Positions 40,255 to 50,850 of a stretch of DNA of 64,000 nt are shown here, one piece after another. Under the pieces are notes generated by a model, which worked only from the letters and a program-made list of their open reading frames with translations, did no database searches and was not told where the DNA came from. The translations under genes and the position numbers were made by a program. Source of the stretch: Candidatus Poribacteria bacterium (lineage in GTDB: Bacteria; Poribacteria; WGA-4E; PCPOR2b); contig OY762266.1 in assembly GCA_963665285.1 (NCBI GenBank), positions 2,337,527 to 2,401,526 on the forward strand, written 5' to 3'. How positions within the stretch are numbered: position 1 is the first letter of the stretch; each line of letters begins with the position of its first letter.

Positions 40255-40911
40255 TTAATAGCTTACCGCCACCCTTTTCCATTCAATATTTCCCTTGCAC
40301 TTCCCACACCTTGATGTTCTTATGCGTTGACTCAGGCGTTGTCGTTCCCACTGCTGACCACATCCACACTGTCCGTGCCAACGCGGGGGTGTATGTTGGA
40401 GGCGGTGGCACCGTTCAGCCGTGCATCCAATCTGCCGAGCTGCTGCTTTCCATGTTGCGTTGTGCCCATGTTTCGGTCCGACTATCGCATGTGCAATCTC
40501 GTGCAGAATCGTATCAGCAATTTCCGCTTTAGATGCTTTCAGGCAGTATGTGACCGAGAGTGTGATCTGCTGATCACTGTATCGGCATGCCCCCCCACGC
40601 ACAGGAGCGAGATCGAAGGCGAACTGCCAACCTGCTTTGAGCCCACTGTTATCTTCGTGTTCCCGTATTAACCGCTTTCCCAGCGTTGCAATCTCGGTGA
40701 GCGGCATCACAGGTTCTTGCGTAGGCTCTATTACCGTTAGGAGGCTGTACGGAACTCTCCACAGCGTTCCTTGCTGCGTTGCCACTTGTGCACGCTGATG
40801 GAGTAATCCTTGCACAGTGCCGTGCAGCGTACCGCCCGTCTTAGTTGTAAATAATACTTTTGTCCCCGGTGGGTACGCCGCTCCAGCAAAATTAGCTGTC
40901 ACGATTCTCAT
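40255..40911 (-). CDS. SprT-like zinc metalloprotease domain protein
   Basis: HEIAHAIV (HExxH) followed by a Cys-rich zinc-ribbon (CxxC...CxC...CGKC). Confidence 0.65.
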   Translation of the reverse strand: MRIVTANFAGAAYPPGTKVLFTTKTGGTLHGTVQGLLHQRAQVATQQGTLWRVPYSLLTVIEPTQEPVMPLTEIATLGKRLIREHEDNSGLKAGWQFAFDLAPVRGGACRYSDQQITLSVTYCLKASKAEIADTILHEIAHAIVGPKHGHNATWKAAARQIGCTAERCHRLQHTPPRWHGQCGCGQQWERQRLSQRIRTSRCGKCKGNIEWKRVAVSY

Positions 40912-40976
40912 GTTAGGAGCCCGTTAAGTCAGGAAGCTGTACATCGTGTCGGAGGCGAAACGAAAACCAACTGATT

Positions 40977-41942
40977 TTACGCGGCGGTTGGCTGAGTCGC
41001 AGATTCGTTGCCGGTCAGTTGCAGGAAGACATCTTCAAGGCTAATTGCTTCTTGACGCAATTCTGTCAGACTCCAGTGATTCTGTACTACAAAATGGAAG
41101 AGCTCTTCCGCTGTATTCTTCCCTTTTTGGGACACAATCTGATAGCCACACACGCCATCATCGGATTTGACCCGTTTGAAGTCTGAAACTAGGCTCAATT
41201 CTTCAAGTTTTGCCTCGATCTCTTCGCGTGGACCTCGGATGGAGATGTGGACAACCTCTTCCCCTTGCGCCCGTCCAGCTAACTCGCCCGGTGTACCGTT
41301 TGCAACGATCTGTCCATCATTAATAATCAAAATTCGGCTACAGGTCGCCGAGACTTCAGACAGGATATGTGTACTGAAGATAATCATCTTCTCTTTGCCG
41401 ATCTCCCGGATCAGATTGCGAATTTCGATAATTTGGTTGGGGTCAAGCCCGGAGGTTGGCTCATCAAGCACAAGGATCGGTGGATCATGAATCAGGCTTT
41501 GCGCCAAGCCTAGGCGTTGGCGATAGCCCTTGGACAGCTCACCGACATCCTTCTGGATCATCTTCTCAAGCCCGCAGATGTCGACGACATCTTTAATACG
41601 CTGGGAGCGTTGACTCTTTGGAATATCCCGGATTTGGGCGATAAATTTAAGATAGTCAATAACTCCCATATCTGTATAGAGAGGCGCACTTTCGGGCAGG
41701 TAGCCGATCCGTTTACGGACTTCAAAGGACTCCTCAAAAACATCATAGCCAGCGACTTTCGCAGTTCCCTCGTCTGCTGAGAGGTAGCAGGTTAAGATAC
41801 GCATCGTTGTGGTTTTGCCCGCTCCGTTCGGACCTAGAAAACCTAGGACTTCTCCCGCTTTCGCATCGAAGGAGACATTATCTACCGCAACGGTTGGACC
41901 ATACCGTTTCGTCAAATTTATCACTTCAATCATGCTCGACAA
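40977..41942 (-). CDS. ABC transporter ATP-binding protein (GldA-like)
   Basis: Walker A GPNGAGKTT, signature LSKGYRQRL, Walker B ILVLDEP and H-loop. RBS AGAGGTGAT. Confidence 0.85.
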   Translation of the reverse strand: MSSMIEVINLTKRYGPTVAVDNVSFDAKAGEVLGFLGPNGAGKTTTMRILTCYLSADEGTAKVAGYDVFEESFEVRKRIGYLPESAPLYTDMGVIDYLKFIAQIRDIPKSQRSQRIKDVVDICGLEKMIQKDVGELSKGYRQRLGLAQSLIHDPPILVLDEPTSGLDPNQIIEIRNLIREIGKEKMIIFSTHILSEVSATCSRILIINDGQIVANGTPGELAGRAQGEEVVHISIRGPREEIEAKLEELSLVSDFKRVKSDDGVCGYQIVSQKGKNTAEELFHFVVQNHWSLTELRQEAISLEDVFLQLTGNESATQPTAA

Positions 41943-42169
41943 TCACCTCTATTCCTTTGAGTTTATAGGATTGATTAATGACAAGGCAAATAATAGCATT
42001 TCGATCGAAAAAACGTCAAGCAAAAATTGGAGTAATTTAGGGGCATTCAGTTTTACTGTAGAAGGAATCTCCGAATCCCGACACCTCACTTTCCCTCCAG
42101 TTGCTCTGAATCCCAACCTTATCGGGCGAAGTGGTATGTCTACAGCTATGTCGAATTAATCATATAGTC

Positions 42170-42246
42170 CTAGCGGGGCGACATGTGTATAGAAAACCGA
42201 ATCCGAATACACCAAAGCCCCAGCGGGGCAACATGTGTAATATGCG
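42170..42246. repeat. pair of direct repeats, consensus AGCGGGGCGACATGTGTATAGAAAAC / AAAGCCCCAGCGGGGCAACATGTGTAATATG (locus B)
   Basis: Same repeat unit as locus A (24653-24745). Two units about 46 nt apart. Confidence 0.45.
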
Positions 42247-42460
42247 TTTGCCGAATGGCAACTCGGATCAAATTAGGATATGAGGTTGTAGGGAAGGAGG
42301 TACTCCGTCCGAAAGTGGATCTGCCTCAATTTCGGAAGGGAAAGAACGGTGATAGGAAGGTGATGAATTGCTTCAGCGGGCACAAATATAGGGGACAACA
42401 CCCCTCTGATCAAGGAATTGCCCCCTATAATTGTGCTGTTGTATGAATTGAGGTTTGCGT

Positions 42461-42802
<342 letters not shown>

Positions 42803-42933
42803 TTATTTCTCCTTTATTCAAACAGTGATGCTCACAACCCCTCAACCCTGTGAATAGTGTAAAGCGTAGAAACGTAGGAAACCTGCCTAACAGTTTACGC
42901 TTTACGCTCATTGTTAGCTATAGATTCAACCGA

Positions 42934-44376
42934 TTAAATATCATAGTAGAGATGAAATTCGTGTGGATGCGGACGGAGGTTGACTGCATCGACCTCGTTT
43001 TCACGTTTATACTCTATCCATGTATCAATCACGTCCTGCGTGATTACATCGCCTTCGAGCAAGTAGTCATGGTCGTCCTCTAAGGCATCAAGTGCCTCAG
43101 CTAAAGAGCCTGGCGTCGATTCAATTTCTGCCAGTTCCTCCGGCTCCAGATCATACAGGTCTTTATCAAGCGGCTCACCGGGGTGAATCTGATTCCGGAT
43201 ACCGTCAAGACCCGCCATCAGCATTGCGCTAAAAGCGAGATATGCGTTACAGGAAGGATCTGGTGTACGGAGTTCCAGTCGCTTCCCTCCCTCGCTCTGA
43301 GAATAGACAGGAATGCGGATACACGCACTCCGGTTTCTTTGCGAGTATGCAAGATTCACCGGTGCCTCATAGCCCGGGACCAACCGCTTGTAAGAATTGG
43401 TTGTTGGTGCAATGATAGCACACAACGATGGCAGGTGCTTAAGGAGACCGCCGGCGTAGTATAACGCTGCCTCGCTCAACCCAGCATATCCCTGCGGATC
43501 ATAGAAGATGTTTTTTCCATCTTTCCATAAACTCTGATGGCAGTGCATGCCTGAGCCGTTGTCTTCAAAAAGCGGCTTGGGCATAAAGGTCGCTGTCATG
43601 TTGTGGGCGCGGGCTGTATTCTTGATAATATACTTGTACAGTGCCATCTTATCGCCCATCCGGGTCATGGTGTCAAATCGCACATCAATCTCACCCTGTC
43701 CACCGGTGCCGACCTCATGGTGGTGAAGCTCTACATCAACCCCGCAATCGATCATCTTGAGAATCATTTCAGATCGAATATCTTGTAGTGTATCCGATGG
43801 CGGAACGGGGAAATACCCTTCCTTGTAGCGCGGTTTGTATCCAAGGTTCGGTCCATCATAGTCGCCTGTATTTGGATTCCAAGTCCCTTTACCTGTATTC
43901 CAACTCCCTTCAACGGAGTCAACGGAATAAAAGCCTGAATGCTGGTTTTGACCATAGCGAACATCATTGAATACGAAAAATTCAGCTTCAGGTCCCCAAT
44001 AGCTGGTATCCGCAATTCCGGTGCTCTTGAGATACGCTTCCGCTTTTTGAGCGATATGCCGTACATCTCGACTATAGCTTTCTAGGGTGATTGGATCCTT
44101 AATGTTGCAAACGAGACTGAGTGTCGGAATTTTGCAAACCGGATCGACAATCGCTGTATCCGGATCCGGGAAAAGGAGCATGTCGCTTTCGTTAATCGCT
44201 TGGAAACCGCGAATACTTGAACCATCAAAACCGAGCCCATCTTCAAACAGATCTTCCTCAAACTCTGTTGCAGGAATCGAAAAGTGGTGCCACAAGCCAG
44301 GCAGATCCGTGAATTTAAAGTCAACAATTTTGATCTCTTTTTCTCTTGCAAATTCTACAACTTCACTTGGTGTCAT
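42934..44376 (-). CDS. glnA: glutamine synthetase, type I
   Basis: 480 aa. GS beta-grasp and catalytic-domain motifs ([20 protein letters not shown]). RBS TAAGGAG. Confidence 0.9.
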   Translation of the reverse strand: MTPSEVVEFAREKEIKIVDFKFTDLPGLWHHFSIPATEFEEDLFEDGLGFDGSSIRGFQAINESDMLLFPDPDTAIVDPVCKIPTLSLVCNIKDPITLESYSRDVRHIAQKAEAYLKSTGIADTSYWGPEAEFFVFNDVRYGQNQHSGFYSVDSVEGSWNTGKGTWNPNTGDYDGPNLGYKPRYKEGYFPVPPSDTLQDIRSEMILKMIDCGVDVELHHHEVGTGGQGEIDVRFDTMTRMGDKMALYKYIIKNTARAHNMTATFMPKPLFEDNGSGMHCHQSLWKDGKNIFYDPQGYAGLSEAALYYAGGLLKHLPSLCAIIAPTTNSYKRLVPGYEAPVNLAYSQRNRSACIRIPVYSQSEGGKRLELRTPDPSCNAYLAFSAMLMAGLDGIRNQIHPGEPLDKDLYDLEPEELAEIESTPGSLAEALDALEDDHDYLLEGDVITQDVIDTWIEYKRENEVDAVNLRPHPHEFHLYYDI

Positions 44377-44819
44377 CTAAATTCTCCTTAAACATTAAAA
44401 TATTGAGCCAAGCAATGACGATTAAACTTAAGTAGGGTCGGCACTACCCAGCGAACTCACTAAGAACGCGTATGAGCAGCCTCCCAAGGAGAAACATTTT
44501 TACCACGTTTCATACACCCTACTCAACGAATTATTGGAAACAATGGAATTTGAAAACGGGACACCTCAAAGATATAGAGCAAGCGATATGCCAATAATCA
44601 AATCGCTGTCAAAATGAAAAACCAGCACCAATTTTTCTCTGCCCCGTCTTTTTCTTATTTGTAGCAGAGAGTTGGCTCTGATAGGCGGTTTGCCACTGAT
44701 TGTCTTATTATGTGAGGTATCCTTCTAGCAAAAAATTAGTGGTATAATATAAATGCCTTAATCCATAAATGCTGAATTATTGGGCAGATCACTGCTAAAG
44801 TTTTTAGCAATGTGATTAT

Positions 44820-45395
44820 CTACTGATTCAAATCCCTTACAAAACGACTGGCTTCCGGTTCAACTTGTCCCGCATACTTGTTACCCGGTTTTCGGCGATA
44901 GGGTACTTTTGCAGGCGAGGATAATTCTTCAAATGTAAACGCACAGATCCGCATACCGGGGTAGAGTTTAACAGGCATGCGCCCCAGATTTCCCAACTCC
45001 AATGTCGCAGTCCCAACCCAACCTGGATCAAAAAGCCCCGCTGTACTGTGGACAATAATACCCAACCTACCAAGGCTACTACGACCTTCGAGTCGTGCCA
45101 TCACATCGTCGGCGAGTTCGAGGGTTTCGAGGGTTGCCGCGAGGACAAATTCGCCCGGTTGCATGGTAAACGCCTCACCATTGGGAACTTCCACCTTGTG
45201 CATTAGTTCGTTGAGATCGATATCTTCGCGGAGATCGATATAAGGGTACTTACTGTGCTCAAACAACCGGAAGGTGTTCCCTAGCCGGAAATCAATGGAA
45301 CAGGAGCCGAGTTGTTTGGTGAGATCGGGGGTAGGAGCGATTTTGATTTTCCCCATCTCCTGATAACGAACAATATCCTGATCTGATAAAACCAT
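44820..45395 (-). CDS. dcd: dCTP deaminase
   Basis: MVLSDQDIVRYQEMGKIKI...GxxxLxxxR pattern of Dcd/dUTPase-fold enzymes, 191 aa. Start moved to the ATG at 45395, which has a GGGGAGG RBS. The longer ORF-track start has none. Confidence 0.8.
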   Translation of the reverse strand: MVLSDQDIVRYQEMGKIKIAPTPDLTKQLGSCSIDFRLGNTFRLFEHSKYPYIDLREDIDLNELMHKVEVPNGEAFTMQPGEFVLAATLETLELADDVMARLEGRSSLGRLGIIVHSTAGLFDPGWVGTATLELGNLGRMPVKLYPGMRICAFTFEELSSPAKVPYRRKPGNKYAGQVEPEASRFVRDLNQ

Positions 45396-45600
45396 CCGCC
45401 TCCCCTTTTCATTGCTGCTTAATTTGCTCTGTTCCGCAGCAGCGTATGATTCATTATATACTAAAGTCCCCAAAAATGTAAAGAGTAATTTCCTCGCAGT
45501 AGAATTTTGCACAGTAAGTGGAGAGTTGCTATATGTCAATCAGAACCATTTCTTCATATGGAAGTCTTTGATATGAATAGAAAATAGCCAGCAGCTTGGA

Positions 45601-46347
45601 TCACTTCGTAAATACGAGTTCTTCGGCATTCGTCCCCGCATCGGAAGCGAGATTCGTCAGTACCTCGGCGACCTCTTCCGGCTTGAATAGAGTGGACTGT
45701 GCAGCAGCAACAGCCGCTTCCGGTGATTCTCCACCCCTTTCTGCGATTTCGGCGATTGCTCTGAGTTTCAGGGGAGTATTAAGGTTCCCGGGACAAACGA
45801 CATGTACGCGGATACCTAACGGTTCGACTTGGTTCTTCAAGGTAAATCCCAACCCCCGCACACCGCCTTTGCTGGCACCGTAGGCGACAGATGCACTGGG
45901 ACCCGTCACCCCTGCTCCCGATGCGATCAGCACAATTACCCCGCCTCCACTCTTTTCCATCAATGGCACAGCATGTTTAGTGCACAGGAAGGTCCCCCTC
46001 AAGTTGACCCTGATGACTGCATCCCACGCTTCCGCATCGAACTGATCGATGCGTACCGCTGCACCTAGTAGGATGCCAGCACAGGTCACCAACGCATCAA
46101 GCCTTCCAAAGTCCTGTCTGACCGATCCCACCATTGCAGCAACGTCCGCCTCTTGAGAGACATCTGTCCGTATAAACTGGGCAGAGCCGCCCGCCGCTTC
46201 AATGGATTGGACAGTTGCCTTACCATCTGCCTCATTCAGATCGGCGATGATAACTTTTGCTCCCTCTCTTGCATACATCACGGCTGTAGCGGCACCGATG
46301 CCGGTCGCCCCACCAGTGACGAGGGCAATTTTATTTTGTAGTCGCAT
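45601..46347 (-). CDS. SDR-family oxidoreductase (FabG-like short-chain dehydrogenase)
   Basis: TGGATGIG cofactor motif, NAG, and the S...YxxxK catalytic triad. Confidence 0.85.
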   Translation of the reverse strand: MRLQNKIALVTGGATGIGAATAVMYAREGAKVIIADLNEADGKATVQSIEAAGGSAQFIRTDVSQEADVAAMVGSVRQDFGRLDALVTCAGILLGAAVRIDQFDAEAWDAVIRVNLRGTFLCTKHAVPLMEKSGGGVIVLIASGAGVTGPSASVAYGASKGGVRGLGFTLKNQVEPLGIRVHVVCPGNLNTPLKLRAIAEIAERGGESPEAAVAAAQSTLFKPEEVAEVLTNLASDAGTNAEELVFTK

Positions 46348-46422
46348 GGTCTTCCCCTTACACAGATTTGAACTATCTTTAATTATTGAATCTTCATCGT
46401 TTTCCGCTTGCCTCTTTTCCCA

Positions 46423-47526
46423 TTATCGCAATTTGAGGGTACTCAGTGCGACGAGCATCAAGATTAAACCAATAATCCAGAAACGGAGCACCACCTTCGG
46501 TTCGGGCCAACCGAGCTGCTCAAAATGGTGATGTAGCGGCGACATCCTGAACACCCGCTTTTTTCGCGTTTTATAAGAAACAACTTGGATGATGACCGAG
46601 AGTGCTTCCACCACAAAAATCCCACCGACAATCACAAGCAAGATCTCCTCTTTGATTAAGATAGCAATCGTTCCAAGTGCTGCGCCGAGAGCTAGTGAAC
46701 CCGTATCTCCCATGAAAACTTGTGCTGGGTGACAATTATACCATAAAAAACCCACACCGGCACCAATCAACGCAGCGCAGAAGATAGTCGCAGCCTCTCC
46801 ACTAGCAGGAAGGTGGGCGATGTCGAGATAATTTGCTAATTGTTGGTGGCTTGTAAGGTAGCCCAGTACGCCAAACGTGACTGCGACAAACAGAGTACAG
46901 CCAATTGCCAAGCCATCAAGCCCGTCCGTAAGATTCACTGCGTTCGACGCACTAACAATAACCAACGCTGCAAATGGAACGAAGAATATGCCGAGGTCCG
47001 GACGAAGTTGCTTAAAGAAAGGAATGATAATTGATGTCCTTTCGGTCAAACTGTCTTTGGGAACAGGTCCCCATTGGTAGAGGAAGTAGGCAATGGCGAG
47101 CGCGCCGACTGTTTGTAAACAGATCTTATGCCAACCTTTCAATCCGAGTGATTGTTGTTTGGTAATCTTCCGGTAATCGTCCAGAAAGCCGAGTCCGCCA
47201 AACCATACAAGGCTAAAGGTAAGAACAAGAATATAGGGCTGATCCAATCGCGCCCACAGAAAAATTGAAATCAGCACGGACGTGATAATCAGTACACCAC
47301 CCATTGTCGGCGTACCCTCCTTGCTGAAATGTGTTTCGGGACCATCATCCCGGACATGCTGACCAATCTTCAATTGTCTCAGATGTCGAATAACGAAGGG
47401 ACCTAAGATGAGGGCTATAAGTAGCGCAGTTACTGTTGCATAGATGGACCGAAAGCTGATGTAACGGAAAACATTCAGCGGCGAAAAAAACTCCGTTAAT
47501 TGTTCAAAAAATAGATAGTAGAGCAT
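46423..47526 (-). CDS. mraY: phospho-N-acetylmuramoyl-pentapeptide transferase
   Basis: Ten-TM MraY pattern with the conserved DD and HHH regions (SPLHHHFE). Confidence 0.9.
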   Translation of the reverse strand: MLYYLFFEQLTEFFSPLNVFRYISFRSIYATVTALLIALILGPFVIRHLRQLKIGQHVRDDGPETHFSKEGTPTMGGVLIITSVLISIFLWARLDQPYILVLTFSLVWFGGLGFLDDYRKITKQQSLGLKGWHKICLQTVGALAIAYFLYQWGPVPKDSLTERTSIIIPFFKQLRPDLGIFFVPFAALVIVSASNAVNLTDGLDGLAIGCTLFVAVTFGVLGYLTSHQQLANYLDIAHLPASGEAATIFCAALIGAGVGFLWYNCHPAQVFMGDTGSLALGAALGTIAILIKEEILLVIVGGIFVVEALSVIIQVVSYKTRKKRVFRMSPLHHHFEQLGWPEPKVVLRFWIIGLILMLVALSTLKLR

Positions 47527-47664
47527 AGGTAATTTTTGATACTAAGGTTTATCCTTTGGAAATTGGAAGCAATAAGAAGTGAGGAAGAAAAGAAAGTAAC
47601 TGCTTCCTTCCGCTTAACCGACAATTTCAAGCCAGATTCTGCCCGAAGTATTAAGTGCCAAATT

Positions 47665-49032
47665 TCAAGTTTCACGCATCAGTTCTTCCAAGACCTGCTC
47701 CAATTTTATCCCGCGCGACCCCTTGATAAGCACCGCATCGCCGGGTTGAGCGTATTGGATCAGTTCTTGTGCCGCTTGCTTCGGCGTATCACAGGAGATG
47801 ATGGACTCGATCCTGCCTTCTGCTCCATGAGCAATTGCGCGGCCCTGGGGACCAACGGTAATCAATAGATTGATGTTGGTCGGGATAACCTGTCCCGCTT
47901 TCAGGTGGAGCGTGCGAGAATGTTCACCAAGTTCAAGCATATCACCGAGGATTGCAATTCGCTTGCCAGCGATTTCGATATCGCTGAGAAATGTCAAAGC
48001 CGACTTGAGGGACTCCGGGTTTGAGTTATAGGCATCGTTGATAATGTGTAGGTCTTTGTGCAAAATCGGCTGCATCCGCATGTCTGCCGGTTGAAAACGC
48101 TCTAGCCCAGCACAGATCTCTGTCGGCGTTAAACCCGCCCAGAGACCAACGCCGGCGGCAGCGAGCGCGTTATAGATATTGTGTTTTCCCAGACAGGGTA
48201 AATGTACTCTGCCGATTTCGTCCCCACCAATCTTCAAAGTGAACGTAGGTTTCCCGAAACTGTCGATCTCAATTTCGCTTGCAGAAATATCTGCATCATT
48301 TTGCCAACCAAATGTGGTGATTTGACCACACACACGGACGGCAAGTCTCGGTGTCATCGGATCATCGGCGTTAAGGATGGCATGTTCGACATGCGTCAGC
48401 AACGCCCCTTTCTCCTCCACAACCCCTTCAATTGAACCGAGCAACTCCAAGTGCGCTGGTCCGATGTTGGTGATCACACCGACGGTCGGTGTGGTTATCT
48501 GCGACAACCGCTCAATCTCTCCGGGCCAACTGGTGCCAATCTCTAACACAGCAATCTCATCTGCTTCGCTAAGTTGCATCAATCGTGAAGGAATGCCAAT
48601 CTGGTTATTGTAACTTTTCTCGGATTTGAAAACGGAAAACCGCTGTGCCAACACAGAGGTTGTTATGTCCTTTGTCGTAGTTTTGCCGTTGCTGCCCGTG
48701 ATAGCGATGATCGGCAGATCGAACTTGCGGCGATGACAGTTGGCAATATCTCCCAAGGCAACGAGCGTGTCGTTTACCTGCACAATAATCGGCGGGGTAA
48801 GTTGGGATGCATCGGTTACCGGTTTTGAGACAACCGCCCCAATCGCGCCCTGCTGACACACGCCCTCTAGGAAGTTATGTCCATCGAATTTTTCACCGAC
48901 CAATGCGACAAAGAGGTCTCCCTTTTTAAGCGTCCGTGAATCCGTCGAAACCTGCGTTATCACGGTGCCGGGATTGCCTTGGATGAGATTACCCTGCGTT
49001 GCCTGTAGGATTTCAGTAATTGTGAGATTCAT
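47665..49032 (-). CDS. murF: UDP-N-acetylmuramoyl-tripeptide--D-alanyl-D-alanine ligase
   Basis: Mur ligase three-domain layout with P-loop ITGSNGKTTTKD. Confidence 0.9.
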   Translation of the reverse strand: MNLTITEILQATQGNLIQGNPGTVITQVSTDSRTLKKGDLFVALVGEKFDGHNFLEGVCQQGAIGAVVSKPVTDASQLTPPIIVQVNDTLVALGDIANCHRRKFDLPIIAITGSNGKTTTKDITTSVLAQRFSVFKSEKSYNNQIGIPSRLMQLSEADEIAVLEIGTSWPGEIERLSQITTPTVGVITNIGPAHLELLGSIEGVVEEKGALLTHVEHAILNADDPMTPRLAVRVCGQITTFGWQNDADISASEIEIDSFGKPTFTLKIGGDEIGRVHLPCLGKHNIYNALAAAGVGLWAGLTPTEICAGLERFQPADMRMQPILHKDLHIINDAYNSNPESLKSALTFLSDIEIAGKRIAILGDMLELGEHSRTLHLKAGQVIPTNINLLITVGPQGRAIAHGAEGRIESIISCDTPKQAAQELIQYAQPGDAVLIKGSRGIKLEQVLEELMRET

Positions 49033-49137
49033 GATGATGGGTGGGTTATAAGTAATTGTTTCCTGCGACCAGCCCGCTGGGACAGGTAATAATAGGAATC
49101 GCTATAGGGTGAAGCGGTTGAACAGATCGATTTGTCC

Positions 49138-49287
49138 CTATTCTCTGGTGTTTTCGTTGCCTGCGATTTTCTCAATTTTGTCTGCGATCCTTTCGATCGC
49201 ACGAACAGCTCGTAAAAGAAGCCAGACAGGAAGAATATACAAGGGTGCCATCAATAAGAGTGGGAAGAAAGCACTGACAAAGTCCAT
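49138..49287 (-). CDS. unannotated 49-aa small membrane protein between murE and murF
   Basis: ATG at 49287 preceded by GGGAGGTGA. MDFVSAFFPLLLMAPLYILPVWLLL (one TM helix) followed by a charged tail. Same strand as the dcw cluster. Missed by the 60-aa ORF cutoff. Confidence 0.4.
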   Translation of the reverse strand: MDFVSAFFPLLLMAPLYILPVWLLLRAVRAIERIADKIEKIAGNENTRE

Positions 49288-49338
49288 ATTGAGTCTCACC
49301 TCCCGGCACTGTGGTTGAGTCGAATTATTGCTCTAGCA

Positions 49339-50805
49339 CTACTTCAACTGCTCAAGAAATTCTCCTGCGATTTCTCGATCATCGAAATCAAATCGGACAC
49401 CATTGATTTCTTGATACGGCTCATGCCCCTTGCCCGCAATGGCGACGAGATCGCCCGCTTTTGCCCGCTCAATTGCATGACCGATCGCAGTCCGACGGTC
49501 CTGAATGAGGCCGTAACTTGCGCCGTCGGGTAAGCCTTCCACAATATCGGCGAGAATCGTATCTGGTTCTTCCGTGCGTGGGTTATCGGAGGTGATCACG
49601 CTGTGATCGGCGATGGCCGCCGAGATATTGCCCATCTTCGGACGTTTACCACGGTCTCGGTCTCCGCCGCAGCCAAAGACGGAGATTAAACTGCCCTGCG
49701 TAATCTTTCGTGCAGCGGTCAACAGGTTTTCCAAACCGTCAGGTGTATGCGCATAGTCTACGACAACGGCGAAAGGTTGTCCTCGGTCAACTAACTCAAA
49801 TCGTCCCGGTACAACTGTGGATTCCAGTCCTGCTTGGATCGCCTCAAGCGGGCAGTCGTGGTGTACCCCTATCCCAATCGCAGCGAGAGCGTTATATAGG
49901 TTGTAATCTCCCAGCAGACGCAGATTTGCTGAGATTTTTCCCTTCGGTGTGTTTGCAACGAATGAGAGCCGTTTGAGTGTTGATTCGACATTGGAGACCG
50001 ACAGATCCGCCGGCCCCTCAACCCCAAAGGTAAGGCATGGGGAATTGGTTTGATGTCGGATTGAATCGGAGGCGGGGTCGTCTGTGTTAAGGATTGCCAG
50101 ACCGTTGTCAAGATTGAGTTGCTGAAACAACATCATCTTGGCGTTCAGATACTCCTCCATCGTCTCATGGTAGTCGAGATGATCTTGTGTCAGATTGGTG
50201 AAAACCGCTGTTTCAAAGGTGAGTCCAGCCAAGCGGTGCTGTGCGAGCCCTTGCGATGAGGTTTCCATGATGACATAATCTACCCCAGCATCCGCAATGT
50301 CTCGGAACAGTTCGTGAAGCGTCAATGGCTCAAGTGTCGTAATCGTCGGCTCCACGAAGACATCTGCGTAATGGGTTCCAACCGTGCCCATGAACCCCGA
50401 CTTCAGTCCCGCAGCGTTGAAGATCGAATGCGCTAAATGTGCTGTTGAAGTCTTGCCGTTTGTACCGGTAATGCCAATCAGTTTCAGCCGATCCGCCGGA
50501 TTCCCGTACCAGTTTGCTGCGATGAGTGAGAACGCGATGCGTCCGTTTGACGTTTGGATATAGGTAACGTCGGGCGGCATTGACTCCGGTTTCTCCCCAA
50601 CAATCGTCGTTGCACCGTTTTGGATGGCTTGTGGAATAAAGGTGTGTCCATCAACATTGACGCCTTCATAGCAGACAAAGGCGTACCCCGGCTCCACCGC
50701 CCGACTATCGCTTGCAACGCCGGTAATCTCTTTATCAAGCCCTCCAGTTGATGAGAGGATATTTACTCCTTGGAGTAAGCGATGTAAGTTCACAACCTTG
50801 TCCAC
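49339..50805 (-). CDS. murE: UDP-N-acetylmuramoyl-L-alanyl-D-glutamate--2,6-diaminopimelate ligase
   Basis: P-loop ITGTNGKTST plus a DNPR motif region (SDNPRTE) that indicates meso-DAP specificity. Confidence 0.9.
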   Translation of the reverse strand: MDKVVNLHRLLQGVNILSSTGGLDKEITGVASDSRAVEPGYAFVCYEGVNVDGHTFIPQAIQNGATTIVGEKPESMPPDVTYIQTSNGRIAFSLIAANWYGNPADRLKLIGITGTNGKTSTAHLAHSIFNAAGLKSGFMGTVGTHYADVFVEPTITTLEPLTLHELFRDIADAGVDYVIMETSSQGLAQHRLAGLTFETAVFTNLTQDHLDYHETMEEYLNAKMMLFQQLNLDNGLAILNTDDPASDSIRHQTNSPCLTFGVEGPADLSVSNVESTLKRLSFVANTPKGKISANLRLLGDYNLYNALAAIGIGVHHDCPLEAIQAGLESTVVPGRFELVDRGQPFAVVVDYAHTPDGLENLLTAARKITQGSLISVFGCGGDRDRGKRPKMGNISAAIADHSVITSDNPRTEEPDTILADIVEGLPDGASYGLIQDRRTAIGHAIERAKAGDLVAIAGKGHEPYQEINGVRFDFDDREIAGEFLEQLK

Positions 50806-50850
50806 CTCCGACCTTCAGAAAATCTTATAACAATAGTCTTATAGTCTCAA

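Noticed and set aside
42183-42446. 87-aa plus-strand ORF in the glnB / ABC intergenic region
   Set aside because: It spans the repeat doublet and G/C-rich hairpins. It shows no coding-like composition and no RBS.
44377-44819. Sigma-54 (TGGCAC-N5-TTGCW) promoter or glutamine-riboswitch upstream of glnA
   Set aside because: A manual scan found only off-spacing partial matches (for example GGCAC-N6-AGC) and no convincing conserved riboswitch core. It cannot be supported without a covariance-model search.
49109-49318. 69-aa plus-strand ORF in the murE-murF gap
   Set aside because: It is antisense to the dcw cluster and lacks an RBS. The co-directional 49-aa ORF with a strong SD explains the spacer better.
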